From Candidatus Poribacteria bacterium (lineage in GTDB: Bacteria; Poribacteria; WGA-4E; PCPOR2b), in contig OZ242351.1 of assembly GCA_965208675.1 (NCBI GenBank), positions 4,352,001 through 4,416,000 on the forward strand: a stretch of DNA of 64,000 bases, read 5' to 3'. The notes under the pieces were generated by a model that searched no databases, was not told where the DNA came from, and saw only the letters and a list, made by a program, of their open reading frames with translations. Made by a program: the position numbers and the translations under genes. Numbering within the stretch: the first letter of the stretch is position 1; every line of letters begins with the position of its first letter. Shown here in pieces: positions 58,401 through 64,000 of this stretch.

Positions 58401-58819
58401 TGCCGCCGGCGGACCTCGATTTCGGTCGGCACACGGTTCGGTTGGAAGTCTCCGACATTGCACAGCCGTCCGCAAACACGGCGGTGCACGAATGGAATTT
58501 CGTGCTTGAGGACGGCAAGGGGCCAATCTTCCGCGGCGTGCTGCGGAATTACCCGAATCCGTTCAAGGATAGTACGACCGTTTCCTTCACACTGGCGCGT
58601 GAAGCGACACTGACGATTGAAGTTTACGATATCACGGGGCGGCTAGTTCGAGTCTTGGCGCAAGACGAGGTTCGGGAAGCCGGTCATAATGAATTCCCGT
58701 GGGATGGTAAGACATCGGCAGGCGACGTGCTGGCACGCGGTGTGTACTTCGCTCAGATTATGGTGACAAGCGAACCGGAGCCAGAGGTAATTGTCCTGAG
58801 AATGGCGCTGTTGCGCTAG
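49424..58819 (+). CDS. Giant adhesin-like protein (invasin-type Ig, carboxypeptidase-regulatory-like repeats, PKD, Big repeats) with T9SS-like C-terminal domain
   Basis: Signal peptide VEA-QT; LPADGVSTTTIT / DGTYTAEYTAP; ~100-aa VVTGxVY..TDAxGxYNVTFF repeats; PKD YVWDFGDG; repeated ELDTTPPVIS; NYPNPF...WDGKTSAGDVLARGVYF. Confidence 0.9.
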   Translation: MLNIMSRGRLVWYLFLVALTSGLMVGVAGSVEAQTTRTFILHGTVTDNDGGVLEGYTVEAPNDASDLATVAKTDPSGEYRIVYNAIFASAVIGVGDAIEITVKDPDEQVVARKSYTVTLADIDREPLSGVEINIQLSGLNAELEPSQLPADGVSTTTITVSVDSGGAPVTDDTVTITAEQGSVGEVTNNEDGTYTAEYTAPALVLTESVMDTITVTSGTTGDTTTTVVTLDVVPTVISVSVDPNVFIAGAGAAGAVQITANRGTNPVADADISLGLRRADGGSDTGTVTGVTRNGDGTYSATYTPPNTAGQINITASDAVSGESGMASVTVNAGAAASVSVTAAPMTVSSGGSAMITAMVMDASGNGVGGLAPSGSAESGTVGEFSAGAAFGSYRATYTAGMVEAAGVDTVTVIVGDLSGQVSISLTPEPPKEVSILAVSGTVYKKDGTGPVSGVNVEVMVGDMAPQTSRSGSNGHYSVTFVNPGGVAGRTGDMVSVVVTDDAGMERGRNDSMPLTSDELGDDTSANVVRDVTTDILARTNALVVTGSVFREESAVPIDDVFAITVMNTTRGTEMSGMTDANGAYNLTFFGTSVVAETGDELVATASRDGGEWSSPAHALSSDEVEAGRATVNVPTDIKASTNALVVSGTVYFEDGTVAVGAGVTVTSMNAGKGQEATGETDGNGNYSVTFFNADGLVAETADIITVTAVHGDLGDGTAEHSLTSAEVDAQRATVNVTTSVKAYTSTLVVTGAAYYEGSTIPVGAGNTVTIMNTANGMEMSGMTDASGMYNVTFFSAEGAVAETGDMLTVTVDAGEDGSGSADHTLTAMEIDAQRAIVNVPTNIKATSPTFLVTGVVYLEDGMSGAPAGLTVKVVNETRGINASGITVAGGGYNVTFLETEAAAVKTADVLVLDVYVMAADDTSVGQTTITLTSADVVGNRRDGVDITTSLTADPTNAFVVDGMVMDPSGNAVGAGVNVRLTLNDHPTKELETYANGRFSATYFDSAGPVVSVYDDVVIQAVNRSNGDSAYMSMQLASHHVIAQRIMITVNLVPDNENPVAVADVSQRFLDPDEVSTFDASKSTDSPLDSQLIDTYVWDFGDGMSGSGMVTTHAYAKPGRYVVTLTVTDLAGNAGTAEREIFVSTVRLGGISINTRHAREVIDKILGMAIAGTDVAIAKGGSDAVLDMIRGNPALQGAVMAAIGDVLPEGFIPAQLLDDDLPLIFEQYENTDLENFGNAITARVGAEGGILGSATPGFTRVVTGDKLDLYLATPRADVGSATFRIDGVTRDAEEVIDSLTHTFQLEEEQAILLVPSWAGSGSDGAFAAVTLMLASEELPPAYHNLISRNAWSYRDTSDYQQAAMSPRMINGKRVWDVQVDIEPGKIYYYYYAVELTYPVQAQLGADGGSVDLMQYAIADPRNLQIQDRGLVEALFTPELQAAIAPLLNPVIAGILSGQPATIDDVVEGLTPESLFEILGAIINAAAPLIEQISATMDPQMISVFTVPLVNEAQSLWHTSVDLSGYADGMHTIDANAFDSEGIQIDNRPVFGKTFMLDRAAPAYSVSAAPGQNSSMYMTSDGVAVSTGLPPVGEGSPMATLMLSASPNGDVSDVADGLYQIIKYSDVPAVQGSQTWVNILSSDMAPVFQGLTLDDFTAFLTMFPNLLSLNAPAMNVGVADMMEMLIRGANGDPALIVGEYGVRVVARDTVFNMSTDTAPIRLNIVPPDPDQAMVVRISLGDCNGDGDTDDLYETGAPADMILFSDTPNVMLTAEVTKQVHPITSIMFQYRQGEGEWQDIGMLEGEMVAGAAEGSQYDVAWSIDNLGAMIQAGMPVMLRAVVTNALTISDDEAAEAALNVKDHPCPIEAEIHALNHTVNDRNPDSNAPRGMISLMAVTRELTSPHTASVVFEVRRMQSEEWQAVREVEIADSVVEEAILEAIEEALEEVVEGEESAVFVPTRRVWSVELDSNELDDTIMVGDAAERDMTLDENPYVLRAVAVDDTGARYASSEDMSQSFSVDNIDDVPPLTGTAIVQISDAAGAIEMMDGVFTVGGIVDESVDSPFAMVMSMPIADPITYDRVDLLINRRNEDGSLGDMVSEMQAEMGEENYTATVDVSALENGMYFFQALAMDEVGNQEVRDIAFAAMIDVANFIPPPVIDLSGQMLSRQPVEESTVEAVTEAYPGGFPISGDYVFMAGGIALNAGDIDVLVDGASANAMGALTVTAIEEGASSTFMLTLDTTMYELGYHELALQITKRNGSISFPLAPLFIDNEAPQLAVNSPIANDEVSALPTTRAAYNDGAGAGIELSFVTISLMRLTPPDMMPVEINMSEVLTDLTDLVYTRRADMLPAGVYRVMVTVTDIVDNTSEASADFTVVTTLPSVAIRSPNSGEIVGVSQPLISAEFSGIGASVTSFTIDAGEEITDAAISGNRLEYTPDVLPDGDHTVAIMVTDGEGNTADDSVTFTVKTADTTPPLITEASPQGVVKSASAMLSVAASDPESGIANVSYAIDGGDAVDGMTREVSGLESGTHTVMAVATNGAGLQSTFSWTFTVELDTTPPVISEVAPQGIVKSAEATLSATVTDEQSDVSNVTIALDGGSAESVPVDGGGVSRSVSGLTPGTHSVTVVATSGGGSSTHTWTFTVELDTTPPVISEVAPQGVIKEASTTISVAVGDEQSPVTRVNIDVDGTGARAVSVREGRASRVVSGLTPGTHTVTVTAESAGGTSRHTWKFTVELDTTPPVISAVSPQGIIRVDSARISAAIGDEQSDITNATIAIDDGSAGTVTVKEGRASRTARGLESGTHTVTVTATSAGGTSTHSWAFTVDLDTTPPEVSATSPHGTVLVEMPEISVAASDNRGGPLTIRISVEDSAGVQVGGNAEASDDGRSSTFVPSAGLSTGTYSVNATVKDESGNESSANWSFSVLIDTTPPSVTGVTPEGEARVSEERRPMITASYTDSGAGIDMSSVVMMLNGNPIVPTSVSTTQAVYMPPADLDFGRHTVRLEVSDIAQPSANTAVHEWNFVLEDGKGPIFRGVLRNYPNPFKDSTTVSFTLAREATLTIEVYDITGRLVRVLAQDEVREAGHNEFPWDGKTSAGDVLARGVYFAQIMVTSEPEPEVIVLRMALLR

Positions 58820-58920
58820 TGATCCGAAAGGATTCCTTTGTGATTGCGGGAGCGGGTTGAACCTCGCTCCTGCAATTGCAATCATGAAAAGTAGATACGC
58901 AATACGTTAAGGAGGAAAAC

Positions 58921-59859
58921 ATGTTTCAAATGAAGCAGAAGTTGATTATTAGCGCAGTAGGGTCTATGGCGCTCTTACTCGCCTTGGCACCGATTTGTCT
59001 TGCGAGCGGCAATGCTGCCCCGTATCTTCGGGACGGCGTCGGCGCACGGTCAATCGGGCTGGGCGGCGCGTTCACAGCCATCGCCGACGACGCCACCTCC
59101 ACAATTTGGAATCCTGCGGGCTTGCCGGCGACTGAGACGCTCGATTTTACGTTGTCCCGTGTACCGATGGCGTTCGATAGCACAAAGAACTTCATGGCAA
59201 TCGTAAAAGGGCTGGGCGAGAACAGCTCAATCGGTTTTTCGTGGATGAATGTCGGCGTTGACGATATCATGGAAGTCAGCGCGAACAACGAAATTACCGG
59301 GAATCGCTTTAACTACGATTCGAATGCCCTCGCGTTGTCGTTCGGGCATGCGTTGGAGAGTTTTAATCTCGGCGCGAGCGTGCGCGTACTTTCCGATGCG
59401 GTCGGTCTTGATGCGTTCGACGGCGTCACGAGTTTCGGGGGTGTTGATGTGGGTATGTTGGCGCGCCCCGGCACGTCGTTCAGCTACGGCTTGGCAATTC
59501 GGAACTTGGGCGGAGTGGTCGGAGACGAGAGTGTGCCAATACTCGTTGGCGGCGGCGTAGCCTTCCATATACTGGAAGGGCACCGTGCGACGTTCGCATG
59601 CGATGTGGAGCACGAAATCGGCATTTTGGACGAAAGCCCGACAAGCGTTCGAATGGGTACGGAATACCGCATAGCGCGGACCTTCGCGGTACGCGGCGGT
59701 ACACAGGCGTCCAAAGACCGTCAAGCGCTCTTTGTCGGGTTTGGCGTTGACGTAGGCGGGCTCCAACTCGATTATGCACTGAAAGCTCTGGAGCGCGCGA
59801 GCCGCAGTTTGCAAGACGCTGGCGAAACCCATTACGTTTCACTGTCTTACGGTTATTAA
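58921..59859 (+). CDS. porV: PorV/PorQ-family outer-membrane beta-barrel
   Basis: Signal peptide; YLRDGVGARSIGLGGAFTAIADDATSTIWNPAGL plug motif; amphipathic strands; C-terminal HYVSLSYGY. Confidence 0.75.
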   Translation: MFQMKQKLIISAVGSMALLLALAPICLASGNAAPYLRDGVGARSIGLGGAFTAIADDATSTIWNPAGLPATETLDFTLSRVPMAFDSTKNFMAIVKGLGENSSIGFSWMNVGVDDIMEVSANNEITGNRFNYDSNALALSFGHALESFNLGASVRVLSDAVGLDAFDGVTSFGGVDVGMLARPGTSFSYGLAIRNLGGVVGDESVPILVGGGVAFHILEGHRATFACDVEHEIGILDESPTSVRMGTEYRIARTFAVRGGTQASKDRQALFVGFGVDVGGLQLDYALKALERASRSLQDAGETHYVSLSYGY

Positions 59860-59959
59860 ATTATACTTAGACGCAAGCGAATTTCATCGCAACTCGGCGT
59901 GAAAGGTGTGCTTACGTTCTTATACCGATACAATTTTAACGTACAAAGGAGAATGCCCG

Positions 59960-60838
59960 ATGAAGATGATGAAATCCACCTTTAGCTTGGCGATTATTCT
60001 TTATCTTTGTGTCTATCTGACGGGTGCGCCGTTCGTACTCACTGCTTCCGCAAAGATTACGCCGATAGATGTGGATGAACCGACACACTTTTACGAGATT
60101 CAGAAGGGCGATACGCTCTGGCATCTCGCGAAAAAATACCGAAAAGATGCGCTGTTGTGGATGGAGTTTAAGAAATATAATATCTTTACGAACCCGAATC
60201 TGATTTATCCGAAGGAAATGCTGCAGGTCAAAAACGGTTGGGGATTCCCCGGCGATGAGCCGGTAATGATGGAAGAGCCGCCAATGATGGAAGAAGGCCC
60301 GTCCGAGATGGACATGCTCAAGATGAGCATGGATGAGAAATTGGATGCTGTGTCGAAGGCGATAATGAAGCTCAAACACAAGGCGGGGGAATTCGACGAA
60401 CATCACAAGAAGCTTAGCGGCGATGTCGGCAAAATCAAGGGTATGCTTAAAGCGCACGACAAAGCGTTAGAGGGGCTCAGTAAAGCCGCCATGTCGCACG
60501 CTGAAGAGACCAAGAAGGGGTTGTCGAAGGTTAAGGGCAAGATTAAAGACTTGAATAACGACCTGAACGCAAAGGCTGAGAAGCTGGGCGAGAAGCAGGC
60601 AAAGACCATGAAGATGCTCGGCGAAACGACTGAAGCCATGAACAGCGAATTCGCCAAAAATGCGGAGCGGGTTGACAAGCTGCAAGCCGGCGTTGATGAG
60701 ATTCATTCGGAACTTCATCACTGGAGAGGTGAATACAGAGATTCGAACAACACGGAACGGAAATTGGGTAAACTAGCAATCTTGCTTGGCGGGATTGCTG
60801 TGTTTACGCTGAATTCGCTCGGTGAAAGTTTCGATTAA
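59960..60838 (+). CDS. LysM domain + coiled-coil protein with C-terminal hydrophobic segment
   Basis: Signal peptide; YEIQKGDTLWHLAKKY...NPNLIYPKEML; Lys-rich heptads; LAILLGGIAVFTL. Confidence 0.82.
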   Translation: MKMMKSTFSLAIILYLCVYLTGAPFVLTASAKITPIDVDEPTHFYEIQKGDTLWHLAKKYRKDALLWMEFKKYNIFTNPNLIYPKEMLQVKNGWGFPGDEPVMMEEPPMMEEGPSEMDMLKMSMDEKLDAVSKAIMKLKHKAGEFDEHHKKLSGDVGKIKGMLKAHDKALEGLSKAAMSHAEETKKGLSKVKGKIKDLNNDLNAKAEKLGEKQAKTMKMLGETTEAMNSEFAKNAERVDKLQAGVDEIHSELHHWRGEYRDSNNTERKLGKLAILLGGIAVFTLNSLGESFD

Positions 60839-60865
60839 GGCGAAGTATTACACCAGTAAAAATTT

Positions 60866-60924
60866 GCAGGGGCGGCGCCCGAGGCAACAGGATGTGCCCG
60901 GGTGCGTTGTCCCTGCTTTTTTTT
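60866..60924 (+). terminator. Intrinsic terminator
   Basis: GCAGGGGCGGCGCCC...GGGTGCGTTGTCCCTGC plus T8. Confidence 0.65.
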
Positions 60925-61014
60925 ACCTGTTAACCGGAGACACCGCTACATGACGCAAGCGGGGCAAGATGCCCCGCCTACGGTGGGAGGCTGTTCGCCG
61001 GCGGAATTAGTATT

Positions 61015-61277
61015 TGTAGGTTGGGTTAAGCGGAGTAAATGAGAGACGTGAAAAATGTCGAAGGAATATCGGTATTTGAATTCGTTTGGAATTGTTTTAG
61101 ATGTAGCGAACCCAACGCTTTTGAATATTGCTGGGCGTTTGGTTTATCGGAAACCGTTTGTAAATACAAAAAGCGTTGGGTTACGCTCCCCGAATCGGGT
61201 CTTGGACGTCGTTCGGCTCCGAGAGCGAAACGAAAAATTATACATCATTCCGTGAAATTCGCTCAACCCAACCTACA
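61015..61277. mobile_element. REPIN/MITE-like element
   Basis: TGTAGGTTGGGTTAAGCGG...CGCTCAACCCAACCTACA with the inner inverted pair. Confidence 0.85.
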
Positions 61278-61443
61278 AGAATCTTGACTTGTGGGTAATA
61301 GTAAGCCTGATAAGGGGCGCTAGGGGGGTTGCCGTCACGTTTTATTCGGATTAAAATGTATAATTTTTAGTTGTAGTGACTATAACGGTAGTCGTGGTTT
61401 CCAACCGCACGGAAGGCAGCGGACAGCTAGGTATTGGGACGGA

Positions 61444-62043
61444 ATGCATTCGGAAGGATTAGACTGTACAATCACAAAATTCATTGAACTTTACGGCGAC
61501 CGTACCGGGCAGAAGGGCGATGGCGTCCACGGCGGGGTGGCGTGGATAGGCGGCGAGAAATTCGTGCTGCTCGCATCCGGCAGGGAAGGCGCCGCCGATG
61601 CGGCGGATTGGCGGCGAATGTCTCGGCTGGCAGCGCTGGCGCAACACCTTCGGCGTCCGGTGCTTCTGTGGGATATGCCGCTGCAGGTCGTTGCGACCGC
61701 GTTGCAGAAGCAGCCGCTGGTGATTAACGAGGCGATTCAGGATTGTAAATTGGCGCTTTTAAGAATGCGTGTTCCGGTCATTAGCGTTTTCAAGGAACGC
61801 TTTCCGGTTGTGTTGACGCCGGAGATTGCCATGGTCGATGGCGCGGTGATTGTGTCGGATCATCCGGAGTTGCTCGCCTCAATAGGCGAAGATTTGCCGG
61901 CTATCACCATGGCTGGCAATGGGAAACATAACCTGACGCAGGAGATTTTGGCGCTTTTTGAAAGAGTATCGAAAATCTGCGGGGAGGAATTGGAGCGGCG
62001 GCGCGTCGAGCAGATTCGAAAAATCACGATGCAAAGAGATTGA
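61444..62043 (+). CDS. Degenerate AccA-like (carboxyltransferase alpha-like) protein
   Basis: FIELYGDR...GGVAWIGGEKFVLLA, RLAALAQHLRRPVLLWD, MRVPVISV, ELERRRVEQIRKI follow AccA order; Gly-rich catalytic loop absent. Confidence 0.55.
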   Translation: MHSEGLDCTITKFIELYGDRTGQKGDGVHGGVAWIGGEKFVLLASGREGAADAADWRRMSRLAALAQHLRRPVLLWDMPLQVVATALQKQPLVINEAIQDCKLALLRMRVPVISVFKERFPVVLTPEIAMVDGAVIVSDHPELLASIGEDLPAITMAGNGKHNLTQEILALFERVSKICGEELERRRVEQIRKITMQRD

Positions 62044-62219
62044 ATTACGGGTGCGTTTGTGTTACCATAGGTGGCGCGGCTAGGGTGTCAAAGAGGGCTG
62101 CCCCTACAACCGCGGGGAGCCGAAGCGGACTGCGGCAAGCGTGCGCAACGGCTTGTGGTAATCCAACGATTCACAGCCGTATTTCCGTGTTCCACCGGGG
62201 AAAGTGTTAGATTCCTCTC

Positions 62220-62846
62220 ATGCTAGAACGTATATTCCGAGGCAAAATCAGCGTGTTTCTTTCGCTCGTTGCGAGGAAGTTGGTATCAATCGGCGTGACG
62301 GCGAACATGATTACCTTGATCGGCTTCTGCGTTAATGTACTTGCGGCATTCTTTCTGGCGACCGGGCGGTTGGTGCTTGCGGGTGTATTGATATTGTTCG
62401 GCGGCACTTTCGATATGTTGGATGGCGCGGCGGCTCGCGCGGCGCCCAAGTCCAGCGATTCGGGGGCGTTGTTGGATTCGGTGGTTGACCGGTATTCGGA
62501 GGGGGCGGTCTTTCTCGGAGCGCTCATCTATTTCTACCTTAACGACAAACTTTACGGAGTAATCCTGGTTTTCGCCGCAATGATAGGATCTATCCTTGTG
62601 AGCTACGTCCGCGCACGAGCGGAAGGGCTGCGAATCGAATGCAAGGTTGGATTTATGCAACGTCCGGAACGAATCGCGGTTTTGGCGTTCGGTACGTTGA
62701 TACAGGGGATTGTTGGAAACCACTTCGAAGTCGTCCAGTCAAGCGGGCTGATTCTCATCGCTGTAATTGCAATTCTCGCCGTTACCTCCCACATCACTGC
62801 CGTCCATCGGCTTGTTTTTTCTCTTTGTGAATTAAGTGATCGATGA
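62220..62846 (+). CDS. CDP-alcohol phosphatidyltransferase family protein
   Basis: TANMIT, DMLDGAAAR...GALLDSVVDRYSE, SYVRARAEGL, GFMQRPER. Confidence 0.92.
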   Translation: MLERIFRGKISVFLSLVARKLVSIGVTANMITLIGFCVNVLAAFFLATGRLVLAGVLILFGGTFDMLDGAAARAAPKSSDSGALLDSVVDRYSEGAVFLGALIYFYLNDKLYGVILVFAAMIGSILVSYVRARAEGLRIECKVGFMQRPERIAVLAFGTLIQGIVGNHFEVVQSSGLILIAVIAILAVTSHITAVHRLVFSLCELSDR

Positions 62847-62873
62847 ATTGATGCGATGTCCGGGATGAGTGAT

Positions 62874-63210
62874 TCGCGATTCGGAGATCAATCCTATCCA
62901 ACCCTCAGAGACTGTCTGAACTGTGATTTATATGATTAAATGATGGGCTATGATTAGGGGGTGCATGGTTATTTGGTTAATCGGAAGGCATTTGGGTTAT
63001 CGGAAGCGGTACAGATATATGAAAAGCGTTGGGTTCGCTGCTGTAAACACGTGATGAGCGTTGCCGAAAATCTGGAAAGTGATTTTTCGCATGGTACGTA
63101 TTAGCAGTTACCCGCTTAACCCAACCTACAAGCGCTATCGTATCATTCCCCTCCTTACGAAGGAGGGGTTAGGGGAGGTTGAGGATGGTGTTGCGATTCG
63201 GAGATTGGTC
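62874..63210. repeat. REP mosaic
   Basis: GCGATTCGGAGAT; REPIN half ending CCGCTTAACCCAACCTACA; CCCCTCCTTACGAAGGAGGGG. Confidence 0.7.
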
Positions 63211-63277
63211 GTTGGCAGTGTTGATTGATTTGGCTAAGCAAGGGAGCGGGGTTGTTTTTTTGGCGGGGCTGAAGGTG

Positions 63278-64000
63278 TTAACCGCTTAATGTGTGTATTT
63301 CCGGGTCGTTGATGTGATCCGAAATTTTCTGGTCAATTACATTCACCTGTTCGGCGAGTTTACGGTGTGCCGCACTCATTTCTTCGCGTAGGTCGTTTAT
63401 CCGACTGTCAATACCATCAATGCGTTTGTCAAGGAAATCTCGCATGACTGTCGACGCCGCATACATTTCTTCCTTGGTTGGCACATTCGCAAACTTCGCA
63501 TCAAGCAGCTTTTCAAATTGCTCGGATCTCGCAATTGATGATTTATCGAGTTGTTCAACGCGATCAACTGAAGATTTTTCGAGCTGGGCAATGAGTTTGT
63601 TTGTCGCTTCTTCAGAGTGTGCAATCCGATCATTTAAGGATTTATCGAGATGCGCAATGAGATTGTTTGACGTTTCTTCATAGTGTTCAATGCGATCATT
63701 TATAGATTTGTCGAGTTGCTCGTAGCGGGCATTTAAGGAATTTACGAGCAGTTCAAAGCGATCATTTATGGATTTGTCGAAATGCTCGAAACGAGCATTT
63801 ATGGAAATTTCGAATATTTCCAAGCGATCATTTATAGATTTGTCGACATGCTCGAAACGAGCATTTATGGAATTTTCGAATATTTCAAGCCGATCATTTA
63901 TGGAGTTTTCGAATATTTCAAATCGCGCATTTAATGAATTTTCAAATATTTTCAAGCGATCATTTATAGATTTGTCAACATGCTCAAATCGAGCGTTTAT
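63278..64000 (-). CDS. Coiled-coil protein with tandem 11-aa repeats, 5' end outside the window
   Basis: Frame open to 64000 (INARFEHVDKSINDRLKIFENSLNARF...); 33-bp repeats; VPTKEEM; C-terminal ISDHINDPEIH. Confidence 0.8.
   Translation of the reverse strand: MNARFEHVDKSINDRLKIFENSLNARFEIFENSINDRLEIFENSINARFEHVDKSINDRLEIFEISINARFEHFDKSINDRFELLVNSLNARYEQLDKSINDRIEHYEETSNNLIAHLDKSLNDRIAHSEEATNKLIAQLEKSSVDRVEQLDKSSIARSEQFEKLLDAKFANVPTKEEMYAASTVMRDFLDKRIDGIDSRINDLREEMSAAHRKLAEQVNVIDQKISDHINDPEIHTLSG

Noticed and set aside
61376-61389. TGACTATAACGGT resembling the 23S rRNA I-CeuI site
   Set aside because: Match is only ~11-12 nt and flanks are not rRNA-like
63600-64000. 33-bp periodic repeats as CRISPR
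   Set aside because: In-frame coding repeats without spacers

Overview
Bacterial chromosomal window, most likely from Candidatus Poribacteria (inferred from the characteristic 'LLANYPNPFNPETWIPY' C-terminal domain and the repeat content; not database-checked). The left half carries housekeeping and metabolic genes: nfuA, a sigma-70 factor and a SufR-like regulator, dapL-like, mqnD, pduO, a cold-shock gene, dusB, two HpcH aldolases around a CaiB CoA-transferase, a PQQ-like propeller, GH32, smpB plus tmRNA, a TonB receptor, two CBS proteins plus korAB, ABC permeases and oxidoreductases. The right half holds a repeat-riddled array of paralogous N-anchored coiled-coil genes (36.7-40.2 kb) and a surface/secretion locus: two giant Ig-rich proteins with T9SS-like C-terminal domains, a PorV-like barrel and a LysM coiled-coil protein. 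From 16.6 kb onward most intergenic spacers are mosaics of several REP-like families. The most unusual signal is a ~32-bp micro-element (GATC-AA-NN-GA-NN-GAAYA-NN-GA-NN-GCGATAGTC). Its variable positions covary as a hairpin with tandem G.A pairs, every copy I found is on the + strand, it concatenates with a 23-bp period, it sits inside other REP elements, and it supplies stop codons to two genes. Other leads: paired perfect DnaA boxes flanking one gene, an orphan consensus promoter before a structured GC-rich stretch, and a SufR-sigma-NfuA module. All coordinates and copy counts were read by eye.
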